Source: Sporopachydermia quercuum (taxonomy: Eukaryota). From it: DNA of 36,395 nt. The notes under the pieces were generated by a model. That model saw only the letters and a list, made by a program, of their open reading frames with translations. It made no database searches and was not told the DNA's origin. Shown here piece after piece: positions 23,512 through 33,420 of the stretch. Each line of letters starts with the position of its first letter. The first letter of the stretch is position 1. The position numbers and the translations under genes were made by a program. The DNA lies in contig BCGN01000007.1 in NCBI GenBank assembly GCA_001599295.1, positions 1,291,791 through 1,328,185 of the forward strand, given 5' to 3'.

Positions 23512-25308
23512 CTATCTTCTCTTACCGTCTCCGATATCCACCTCCTTGACCCACCGATTAAACTTTGCGTCCAACCCCAAATATTTCTTTAAGGACCCCG
23601 ACCCAGAAACATTGGCCAAATACGACATATAAATCTTCCCCAGCTTCTTCTTATCTCCGTCGGTTAACCCATCCGGTTCCGATAGTTCAATTGCCTTATA
23701 AACCCGATAAACCGCGTCCTCATTATTAGAATGACCCGAATTGGACTGCTCTATCTCGAATTCCAAGTATAATTTCCAGAATTCAGCATGATTTCCTAAA
23801 TGAGGCTTCAAAGTTTCAAATAGTTTCCGGATTTCCTCGGTTCCTTTACTGTTATTACTACTGATATTGTTTCCGGTATTCCCCAGTCCGGAAAACATCC
23901 GTTTAGCGTCTTTCAATATAAGCAGTTTGCCCGTTTCGTCAAAATAGTCCGACTTCAACGCTTCTTCATACATTCTCGCACTTTTAGCTGCGCCTTCAAG
24001 TTTTCTTTCAATACTGCAAATTATAATAAATGTTTCCACGTGACCTGGCACATAGTCAAGCACCGATAAACATATGTCACGGGCTACTAGTAACTTACCC
24101 TCCTGTTCTTCAAATATCGCATACCGTAATCGGAAATTCACCCGCCCACTCGGAATTAACCCACTTCCTTTTTTGAACACGTTCCGTGCTTCCTCTGTAT
24201 ATTTATTAGCTATAAGCCATTGGGTATACAATATCCAGAACTCTTCATACAAAGCTGCTGATACCAAACATCGTTCAAAGAGCATTTTAATGCGGTTATG
24301 ATCACCATTGATCATTTCGAATTCAAGGTATCTTTCCCAATTCCATAGTTGCTGTTTGTCTAGGTAGGTAATATGGAAATACGGTCTTTTAATGTTTGCT
24401 TCGAACCACCACCGGGCGTAAGTTTGGGCCTGGGTTGCTTTAAATTTTGATTTCCAGTGGGCGATGAGCCACGATTTCATTTCCTCTTCGAGTTCCTTTT
24501 TAGGGATTTTGATTTGTGGCTTTGGCTGAGACTGAGACTGAGACTGGGTTTGGGTTTGGGTTTGGGTTTGCGGCTCAGATTGGACAGATTGTGGCTGGGA
24601 CTGAACTGCCCGTCTGGGATGAGTCTTATATTGCCGAGACATCATCTCAGCTTGCCGCCTGGTGACTATTTCCGCTTTCAGCTCCTGCAATTGCCCCTCG
24701 GACAAAATCTCCCCAATTGCCGTCTTTTCCACATAATTAATGATCCGCTGGTAGTAAACAGCCGATTGATGTAAAGGAATATCGCTAATGCGGTGTAATA
24801 AGGCCAAAACCAATTCTTTGCTGTCTCGGCTTTCCTCAAACTTGATATACGCGTCCCAAAACAAGTGAGACATGAAATGTAAGCCACAGCTGTCAGCAGC
24901 TCTTTCAAACAGTTGCCGAACCGCCACATCATCGTGGCAAACTGTGGCTTTGAAATTGCAGTATTCGGTCCATATTTCGACGGAAGACGGGATTGCTCCA
25001 ACAGCCTGTTCATATACCTGCAAAGTCCTTTCAGTATAGCCGATATAAAACTCCTTTTTTGCGTATTTGGTCCAATAGGCGAACATAAGGGGAAATTTTA
25101 ATAGGAAAGTGTCGTACGTGGACCGAAAAAGCTCTAAATCTTCGGGTTGGGAGTTTTTATTNATACCGCCGTTGAGTTGATCTATGGCCGAGAGAAGTTT
25201 TTGCCACAAGTCGAAATTGTCCGGATCCTGGTTCAGACTGGCGTGGATTTCCACCCAATTGGGAGTCGCGGATCCGTTTTGGGATGCTTTTGGTCCTAAT
25301 CTGTTCAT
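23512..25308 (-). CDS. PRP39: U1 snRNP HAT-repeat protein Prp39
   Basis: YDTFLLKFPLMFAYWTKYA, SVEIWTEY, FMSHLFWDAYIKFE, FEANIKRPYFH and LFERCLV..ALYEEFW match Prp39. First ATG is at 25308; the ORF-track start is a GTG. Confidence 0.9.
   Translation of the reverse strand: MNRLGPKASQNGSATPNWVEIHASLNQDPDNFDLWQKLLSAIDQLNGGXNKNSQPEDLELFRSTYDTFLLKFPLMFAYWTKYAKKEFYIGYTERTLQVYEQAVGAIPSSVEIWTEYCNFKATVCHDDVAVRQLFERAADSCGLHFMSHLFWDAYIKFEESRDSKELVLALLHRISDIPLHQSAVYYQRIINYVEKTAIGEILSEGQLQELKAEIVTRRQAEMMSRQYKTHPRRAVQSQPQSVQSEPQTQTQTQTQSQSQSQPKPQIKIPKKELEEEMKSWLIAHWKSKFKATQAQTYARWWFEANIKRPYFHITYLDKQQLWNWERYLEFEMINGDHNRIKMLFERCLVSAALYEEFWILYTQWLIANKYTEEARNVFKKGSGLIPSGRVNFRLRYAIFEEQEGKLLVARDICLSVLDYVPGHVETFIIICSIERKLEGAAKSARMYEEALKSDYFDETGKLLILKDAKRMFSGLGNTGNNISSNNSKGTEEIRKLFETLKPHLGNHAEFWKLYLEFEIEQSNSGHSNNEDAVYRVYKAIELSEPDGLTDGDKKKLGKIYMSYLANVSGSGSLKKYLGLDAKFNRWVKEVDIGDGKRR
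24526..24569. repeat. Coding hexamer microsatellites (CTGAGA)n and (TTGGGT)n encoding QS/QT dipeptide repeats in Prp39
   Basis: The + strand reads ctgagactgagactgagactgggtttgggtttgggtttgggttt; the protein reads QTQTQTQTQSQSQSQ. Confidence 0.8.
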
Positions 25309-25607
25309 TGTAACGGGTACTGGTGATATTGGTGGCACTGAGGGGCAAACAGGATTCAGGATGGATAATAAACAGAAAAGATAACAAATTCAGCGGGTGG
25401 TTTTGTGGTTTCCGAGGTTAGATGTACGAGTTCCAAGTTCTGAGTTCCGAAATTGGTGATATGCAATATGCGATATACCGAGGGTGTTTAATTGAGAACA
25501 GTGCCTTTTTCATCCGTTCCGAAGGGTTAGGATTTTTCATGTGAGTGGGAGAGTCAGAGTTCTTGCGGCGAATAAATGTCCGGAAGAATTTCGAGGAAAT
25601 GGACTGT

Positions 25608-25617
25608 ATCACGTGAT
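25608..25617. promoter_or_regulatory. Palindromic E-box ATCACGTGAT (Cbf1/bHLH-type site) in the divergent PRP39/HEM3 promoter
   Basis: 10-bp perfect palindrome matching RTCACGTG, about 300 bp upstream of the PRP39 ATG and about 570 bp upstream of the HEM3 ATG. Confidence 0.45.
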
Positions 25618-26187
25618 TAAATGCAAATGCAAGCGTAGAATTTTCATGTTATAAATATACATTTGACGTCCTAACACAACTGTAAATGGTTGTTGAAACA
25701 GAAGAAATCAAAAACAATCAAATTTAAGTGGAAATAGCAGTATTCCATGAGCCCATACCAGCCGTGATATTCCTCTAATTGGTACTAGTAGGAGGATGGG
25801 AACTTAGACAAGCACCAGTGTCTGTCCAGTTCATTGTCTCAAAACAGATTTCAATACCAACTACATCCCAAATTGTTTTCTCTTCCATACCTCCCAAAGC
25901 AACAATGCCCACCCATAACTCCCAATCACCTCCCATATCATACTCTCTCCTCCTCCCTCCTTGTCTTTGGAACACCCCCAAGCACTCAATTTCTCCATTC
26001 CATTAATAAAATCATCGAACATACACCTTTAGAAGTTATATTAACATTAATATCAATGAATTAATATGTTTTCAGTGCTTATTTTGTCATTTAATTCTAT
26101 TTCACTGTTAGAATTTCCCTGTGCGAAGCAGAAAGACTGTTTGTTGCTACAAATCAAATACACATTATCAGCACAAGACATCCAATT

Positions 26188-27835
26188 ATGAGTGAAAGTA
26201 TGTTGAAGTGTGACTAGGAGTTTAGTTTAATTTTCGAACAGAAGATAGGAATAGAATATCTGTCTGTTAATATTATTAGTGATTTACTACCAATTTACTA
26301 GGAAACTACGAATAATATCACAAATCCGTGCAAATGCCAATACTAATACTAGTTAGATAAACGGGTAATCAGAATCGGCGGACGGAGATCCAAACTGGCG
26401 GTTGTGCAGTCTGAAATGGTGAAATCTCAATTGGAATCGGTAGCCCCAGACATCTCGTTCGAAGTAATAGCTCTAGAAACTTTGGGCGATAAAGTACTTG
26501 ATCGTTCTTTATATTCCTTTGGCGGGAAAGCTTTATGGACAAAAGAACTGGAAGTGCTGCTTTTGCAGGACATCGAGCCATTCAGGAAGATTGATTTGAT
26601 CGTTCATTCTTTGAAAGATATGCCAACAGTTCTACCGCAAGAGTTTGAACTTGGGGCAATTTCTGAACGGGAAGACCCCCGAGATGCACTGGTTATGAAA
26701 GCAGGTTCGTCGGATAATACGTTGGATGATCTTCCTGATGGGAGTGTTGTGGGGACGTCGTCAATTAGACGGTCGGCCCAGTTGAAGATTCATTATCCTC
26801 GACTTGAATTTGAGAGTGTTCGAGGGAATGTGTAAGTATTTCTGATACGTGAAGGAATAGAAGGAAAGGAATAAGAGGATGGCTGTTGATATAACAGTCT
26901 TGTAAATAGTTCAGAACCGCGAAGTAACAAGTGACAGTGTGACAGTGTGAATATTAGAAGAACGTTTGTCCAGGATTGTCCAGGAGTGTGCAGGACCACT
27001 TGTAGGCTTTTCACTGCGAAAAGTGAATAGTCTATTCTCTCTGACAGATTTAATGATTTAGTTTGGTTTCTTTCTGAGTCTATTGCAATTGAATTATTCG
27101 ATCAAGTGTTTCCTGCTGACCCGAATTGCAGTCAAGCGCATTCCTGAGTAAGCTAGTGGTAGCTGTTGAGCAGCAGAGAGCGCAGGAAGCCGAAGCAGAA
27201 TGTTGATACTGAAATCTCAGTAGTCACCCATAGCTGAGATCAAGAAGCTCTTTTACTCCGTTATTCCTTCTTTTATTGGCATCCTCCTTTGTTCTATCTT
27301 TAGCAACGGAATTCTAACTGTTTATTATAGGCAAACAAGACTTTCTAAACTAGACGATCCAGAAGGCAAATTCAGATGTATTATTCTAGCAGCAGCAGGA
27401 TTGGTGAGATTAGGCCTGAAAGATAGAATTACCAGTTATCTTGAGCCTCCTATTATGTATCACGCTGTTGGTCAAGGAGCATTAGGCATTGAAATTAAAA
27501 AAGGAGATACTGAGATTATTGAGCTGTTAAAGAAAGTCGAGAGCATTGATACCACTTATAGATGCCTTGCTGAAAGAAGTTTAATGAGGACACTTGAAGG
27601 AGGCTGTTCTGTTCCAATTGGTGTGAATAGTAGTTATGATGCGAATACTAAGACTCTTAGTATATCTGGTATTGTTGTTAGTGTTGACGGCACTGAGCAT
27701 GTCAAGGCTGACTTGTTCAAAGTTATAGAAAATAAGCAAGATGCTGAAGATGTAGGAAAAGAGCTTGCTGTTAAGCTTACTGATTTGGGAGCCAAGAAGA
27801 TCCTTGATGCTATTAATTTAGAGAAGCTTTCATAG
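26188..27835 (+). CDS. HEM3: Porphobilinogen deaminase (hydroxymethylbilane synthase), 3 exons (26188-26197, 26357-26831, 27331-27835), 329 aa
   Basis: The spliced product reads [21 protein letters not shown]...[10 protein letters not shown]...VHSLKDMPT...REDPRD...[12 protein letters not shown]...[12 protein letters not shown]...ILAAAGL..L...AVGQGALG...[10 protein letters not shown]. Exon lengths sum to 990 nt in frame. Confidence 0.95.
26198..26356 (+). other. HEM3 intron 1 (159 nt) after a 10-nt coding first exon
   Basis: GTATGT donor, TACTAAT branch at 26341-26347, TAG acceptor ending 26356. It supplies the otherwise missing ATG in frame. Confidence 0.82.
26832..27330 (+). other. HEM3 intron 2 (499 nt, phase 2)
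   Basis: GTAAGT donor, TTCTAAC branch at 27312-27318, TAG acceptor. Removal restores RGNVQTRL. Confidence 0.9.
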
Positions 27836-28310
27836 ACGAAATGGGTGAAATATGAGTATCTAGATGTTAGACACGATATATGAATGTGTGTTTATGTGTA
27901 TATTTATGTGAGGAGAATAGATAAATTGCTGCGAAAATGATGAATTAATTGTAAGTTTGTTGCGGAGATGTGATAAAGTTACTAGAATTTCAGTATCATC
28001 TCCGAAATATGTGATACATTTTCTACGCATTGTTCATGAAATATTCCGGAAATAATGTTGTAACACTTTCTTAATAGGTTCCGATATTTTAAGTTTCAAC
28101 AGTTCTTACTTTTTTTCCTCATCATAGCCTAGAAAAAGAAAGAATAATTCATCTCAACAGTAACAATGAAATGCCATCATTGAGCTGTTTATGTTTATTG
28201 AATGCTATTATCTATTCCGTGATGTCGATTATGCTGATTGTATAGTATTTCCGGTTTACTTTATATGTATATTATTATTGCTGTTAATAATACTATTATC
28301 AGACAGCATC

Positions 28311-29953
28311 ATGGCCGACGGTGAAAGGGAACTTCCCCCGAATGAAACACACAGTATCAGTAATCAGGAAGCTAAACCGGAGGGAACTGAGCTACAGCGT
28401 TTGCATGATCAGCTCTCACAGCAACATAATGTTGAGAATGAGACTCGGATTGTTGAACCCGAAAGCAAACAGCTCAAGAAACGAAAGAGAAGGCCTGCCA
28501 GAGTCCAAATGGATCCTGACACGGTGAGCGAAAACGATAGACCTGCTCAGACAGGTACTGTTTTCAATATTTGGTATCAGAAATGGTGAGTATTCAACAG
28601 CTTGGGGGTCTGGGGATCTTTTTGTTGATGGTATGTGGTTATGGCGATCTGTTGATAACTAACATAAGAATTCATTGCTCAGGAGCGGAGGTGATCGAGA
28701 AGACAAATACTTCAATCAGAAGAAAGCTGAAGGCAGGTGTAATATAGCATTAGATTCTGGATACACCAAAGCTGATAAAATCCCTGGTAGTTATTTCTGT
28801 ATATATTTTGCTAAAGGAATGTGTGTTAAAGGGTAAGTAGTGATTTCATTTCCGATGATGATAGTGATGGTGGCAGAGGTAAGGTTGGTTGATAGGGAAG
28901 TAAGACGAGGAAGGCATAGATAGCATGATTATTGGTATTCTATTTCTGTGGTTTATATGGTAGCTTTATACTAGAGAAATAGGATAGGAAGCAACAGATA
29001 ATTTAAGCATCAATGTACCTTTTCTTGTCATTCTGTTGTACCACATTCGTCCTTCTCTTTTACCAGTTATGCTAACATAAACTACTAGTAAATCATGCGA
29101 ATATCTTCATAGGCAACCAACAGAAATGGACATGTTTCCCCCAACGGTTGATTGCTTTGGAAGAGACAAATTTGCTGACTACCGTGAAGACATGGGCGGT
29201 GTAGGGTCATTTGGAAGACAAAATAGAACTCTTTATGTAGGCAAAATTAGCATGACGGACAACGTGGAAGAAGTGGTATCCAGACATTTTGCAGAATGGG
29301 GCAAGATCGAGAGGATACGGGTTTTGCGAGAGAAAAGTGTTGCTTTTGTCACGTATGTAAGCGAAATCAATGCCCAGTTCGCTAAAGAAGCAATGGCTCA
29401 CCAGTCCTTGGATAATGACGAAGTTTTGAACGTGAGATGGGCAACTGTAGATCCTAATCCGAGGGCGCAAGTGAGAGAAAAACGGCGAATACAAGAAGCT
29501 ACAGCAGATTTGATACGGCGGTTAATACCCCAGGATGAACTGAAGGCGATTGAAGGAGAAGGTGGGAACAAAAGGCAGCGAAAGGGGGCGGATGTTTCCG
29601 GAGGTCTACTGCGAGAAAAAGACGAGAATTTGGACGATGGCGTAGGGAGAATTGAATATAGCAACGGCAATGGTGATGATGCTGGTGATGGCAATGGAGA
29701 TGAGGAGGAGGATGTGCAAATTGAAGAAAACGCAGATGGGGCTGAAAGTGGTTTGTTGATTAGCAACTCTTCTCTTCGTGCACTTAAAATGTTAAAATCA
29801 CCAACACGAACACCCGCTTTGGGTAAGACAAACAATGTGCCCAATGACAAATTCAATGGCGATGATCACAAACCGAAAACTGGGAAACCACAAAAACTAT
29901 CATTGTTGGGGGGTTATAGCGACAGTGAAAGTGAAAGTGAAAGTGAAAGTTAA
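28311..29953 (+). CDS. CWC2: Pre-mRNA splicing factor Cwc2/Cwf2 (CCCH + RRM), 3 exons (28311-28585, 28683-28832, 29089-29953), 429 aa
   Basis: RPARVQ..., FNIWYQKW|SGG, RCNIALDSGYTKAD, FCIYFAKGMCVKG|KSCEYLH, DCFGRDKFADYREDMGGVGSF, and the RRM with AQFAKEAMAHQSL and LNVRWA. Confidence 0.94.
28586..28682 (+). other. CWC2 intron 1 (97 nt)
   Basis: GTGAGT donor, AACTAAC branch at 28657-28663, CAG acceptor; restores KWSGG. Confidence 0.88.
28833..29088 (+). other. CWC2 intron 2 (256 nt)
   Basis: GTAAGT donor, TGCTAAC branch at 29070-29076, TAG acceptor; restores the CCCH finger. Confidence 0.88.
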
Positions 29954-30772
29954 AATGAAAATGATGGCCATGACGATGGCACTGATTGAAGCCTTATAGT
30001 AAACAAGGCCTGAGAAATGGATTTAAATGTATATTATAAACTCAGCAGTAATGTGCTGATATCTTTCTCTCATTCAAGTAGTAACTGTAGGATTCTATAC
30101 TGTTTCTGGTTTAGCTCCCGCATCAGATTCCAGCCAGAGGTCAGTTACTGGTATTTTTGCCGCTTCTACTTTTGTTTCAGCGGCAGCCTCCCATAACCTA
30201 TTATTGTCATTTGTTTCTACGTAGCACGCCTGTTGTGTGTTCTTATATGTTGTTGATCATCTATTAATCTGTTTCTAGTAAGGAATATGTCTGGAGATTA
30301 TATTGGTGGTAGTCTAGTGTACTCCGCAGGTTCAGCTTCCGATGGAGACTGGAGGATGACTGTATTGATTGCTAGTTTGTCTGCATATTCTCTTGCTATG
30401 TCTACTATACTAGAATGGAAAGGCATTGACCATGGCAATAATGGTACTAGCACGAAGTTCAATGGACGACCATGAGCTCGATAAGAAGTATGATTTCCGA
30501 CTCTTCTATCTGCCCCTGCTTTGATACCCTTTACTCTTTTAATCCAATTATCATTGTATTTGCTAGAATGCTATAGGATTGAATCGAGAGGTGAAAGACA
30601 CTTGCATCATTAGAGTCAGAATCATCTTTGATCAACACCAATTATTTGTAGTACTCTACTATTACCACTACCACTGCTACTATTACAACTACTATTATGC
30701 TTTTCTCATATATCCTGCTTTAATTATCACATTACGCAACTCCAACTACCCAATTCACATCTCTTTCTTATT

Positions 30773-32665
30773 CTACATCTCGTCATCAAATGGCTTCGCA
30801 GTCACCTTTTTAGGCTTGTTCGCAGCTGCCTCGTGTTTCATCAACTCCTCGGGCACTTTACTATGCTTCGACCTCATCAACAGCTGCTTCAAATCATACA
30901 TCACATCTGCATCTTCGTCTCCCAGAAACGTGATAGAGGTTCCTGTCTTCCCAGCCCGACCTGTTCTGCCGATACGATGGGTATAATCCTCAATCGTACG
31001 GGCCATTTGATAGTTCACCACTAAGGACACGTCAGCAATATCAATGCCTCTACCAGCAACATCTGTCGCAACAAGGAAATTGGCTGCTCCCGATCGCAAA
31101 TCAGATAATGCTTTTTCTCTCTGTTCCTGAGTCCTTCTGCCGTGCATTGTGACAGCTTTTAGTCCACAATCGTTCAGATAACTAGCCACTTGATCGGCAG
31201 CTTTCTGGTAGTTAACAAATATAATAATAGGCGGCTGGTATTTCCGCAACGACAAAATGTCCCGCAGCCGTTTCTTCCTTTTCTCTTCTCCAGAGATAAA
31301 TTCGACGATCTGCTCTACTGAATCAGTAGCCTTTCCTAGTTCTCCAATTATCACAGTCCCTGGGTTTCTCAGGTACTGGCTGGTAAGCGTCTCGATCTCC
31401 GGAGGCATTGTAGCTGTATACATCATTGTTTGCCTATATCTAGTGCTCCCCACGGTTTCTGAGATGTCAATTGAACCATCGGCGGGAAAATCGTTGGTTA
31501 CGGGGAGCTCCTCCAGAATCTGCGTGACCTGCTCTTCAAACCCCATGGAGATCATTCTATCGGCTTCGTCCAGTACCAAATAGCAGCATTGGCGAAGCAC
31601 CAGAATACGTCTTTCCAGTAAATCAATCAATCTTCCGGGGGTAGCTATCACTATCTCAGCGCCTTGCTGTAGTTTGTACGCTTGTTCTTCTATAGTTCTA
31701 CCACCAATCACGGAAACACATCGGAAGCCTAACGGTTCGCAGAACTTCAATGCTTCGCTTTCAATCTGCTGAGCCAGCTCTCTCGTTGGAGAAAGAATCA
31801 AGGCGTAAGGACCATCTGCTTTTGTTGTTTCGTTCAGCAACGGCAGTGTCATTACATACGATAGCAACGGCACTAGGAAACTTGCAGTTTTTCCTGAACC
31901 AGTCTGAGCTACACCGACAACGTCTCTGCCTGCTAGAGCTATAGGAATAGCGGCCCGCTGGATAGGTGTAGGAGATTTGTATCCGATTCGGCTGATTATT
32001 ACTTTAATTCTATCTGGCACGTCTGCCTCCTTCCAGGATCTGATAGGATGTGGCAAATCAGGTCCTTTTGTCATGATCTCGTAATCTTCTTTGAAAATAC
32101 GCCAATCGCGTTCTTTCATCTTCTCCAAGGGTTTCTTGGACCAATGCAGTTCGTCATAATTGTCTTTTTGACTTCTTCGATTGACACTATCAAATGGATC
32201 TCTTCTACCTGCTGGTGATTTAGTCCTGGTTATTAACATGGTGCTAGCACCACTGGTGTCATCATCTTCGTCCCAGTCGAACCGGAAGCTACCTATTTTA
32301 CTGTTGTTTTTCTTCCTTCTTTTTCGTTGCAAGGGTTTTGTCGACGGATTAAAATCCGTTCTATCGATTGATTGGCCTGATCCCTGTAGTTCTTTACCTG
32401 ATGGTGCTGCCGTTGACGAAATATTGCTGATAGCTAATAAACGTTTTCTCTCCAGTATCTCTTTTTTAAATTTTTCCGCTGATCTTTTCTCCCGTTCTTT
32501 CTTGCTTAGGAATCTGATTTTGTTGATTTCCTCTTTTTTCTCTTTCCTCTTGGCGATCACCTCTTCTATAGAGATGATCTTCTCTTTCGGTCTATTCTCG
32601 ACACTGGAAGTTTGTTGATGCTCACGAGCACTGTTTTCTTGGGTTGAATCAAACGAGTTGGTCAT
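30773..32665 (-). CDS. PRP28: DEAD-box RNA helicase Prp28 (U5 snRNP)
   Basis: Prp28-type HWSKKPLEKMKERDWRIFKEDYEI segment, Q motif PTPIQ, AQTGSGKT, PTRELA, TPGRL, DEAD, TAT, TDVAGRGID and HRIGRTGRAG; 630 aa. Confidence 0.95.
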   Translation of the reverse strand: MTNSFDSTQENSAREHQQTSSVENRPKEKIISIEEVIAKRKEKKEEINKIRFLSKKEREKRSAEKFKKEILERKRLLAISNISSTAAPSGKELQGSGQSIDRTDFNPSTKPLQRKRRKKNNSKIGSFRFDWDEDDDTSGASTMLITRTKSPAGRRDPFDSVNRRSQKDNYDELHWSKKPLEKMKERDWRIFKEDYEIMTKGPDLPHPIRSWKEADVPDRIKVIISRIGYKSPTPIQRAAIPIALAGRDVVGVAQTGSGKTASFLVPLLSYVMTLPLLNETTKADGPYALILSPTRELAQQIESEALKFCEPLGFRCVSVIGGRTIEEQAYKLQQGAEIVIATPGRLIDLLERRILVLRQCCYLVLDEADRMISMGFEEQVTQILEELPVTNDFPADGSIDISETVGSTRYRQTMMYTATMPPEIETLTSQYLRNPGTVIIGELGKATDSVEQIVEFISGEEKRKKRLRDILSLRKYQPPIIIFVNYQKAADQVASYLNDCGLKAVTMHGRRTQEQREKALSDLRSGAANFLVATDVAGRGIDIADVSLVVNYQMARTIEDYTHRIGRTGRAGKTGTSITFLGDEDADVMYDLKQLLMRSKHSKVPEELMKHEAAANKPKKVTAKPFDDEM

Positions 32666-33410
32666 TGTCGCGATGGATCATATCTTCTCATTCTTTATCG
32701 AGATAATAAGAATTATGTTGATAACATAGTTATGTATTGTAATAGAGTTTGTAGTAAATTTGAGTATAGTACCGATGGATGTGTATTTAAATGAGCATAG
32801 ATGAGAGTGAATTCGAAGGAAGTGTTGTAAATTGGATAAATAAGAAAGTGATGATAATAGAGGTTCTGTTGCTAGTTCAATGTATTTATATGTTGAAATA
32901 TTCCTTTGATAGTCTTGATAGTTCTATTGAATAGTAGTTAATTGTAAGAAGTATTGATGTATTCCCATTTGTTTCTTTGGCCAAAGCAAACTGTCAGATT
33001 TGATGAGCGAACCAAGTAATGTTCTCTGATGATCTGCTACTGTCTTTTTCCACAGATGTGATCCTGAATCCTGTGTGAAAGTCAGTACATTCTCTCTTCT
33101 CAAAACAGTGAATATTGATTGAACAAATATATAAAATAGGTGTATCGTTAAGATTTATTATTTTATGTTATTTAATTTCCTTACAATTATTTAGTTTTTG
33201 ATACTTCATCGGGTATAAGATATGAAAGTAGAGCAACACCTTACGTTGAAGGATGCCCGACAAAGCAAACGAGACAAACCAGACCAAGCCCTGATGTATG
33301 GCAACAAATTGTGTGGATTTTCATGTTATTCGTACCATATATGCACACTTTATGCAAGACTTCAGGAACGCTAACTTTAAATTGATGATTAGCATAATAT
33401 TGTCCGTATT

Positions 33411-33420
33411 ATCACGTGAC
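33411..33420. promoter_or_regulatory. E-box ATCACGTGAC (Cbf1/bHLH-type site) upstream of PRP28
   Basis: Matches RTCACGTG on both strands, about 750 bp upstream of the PRP28 ATG. Confidence 0.35.

Noticed and set aside
24545..24569. (TTTGGG)n as an interstitial telomere
   Set aside because: It lies in frame within PRP39 encoding QT repeats and differs from the terminal 11-mer.
30656..30697. Degenerate (TAC/CAC)n tract and 135-aa Tyr-rich ORF
   Set aside because: Simple-sequence repeat in the convergent 3' region of PRP28/CWC2; the ORF is an artefact of the repeat.
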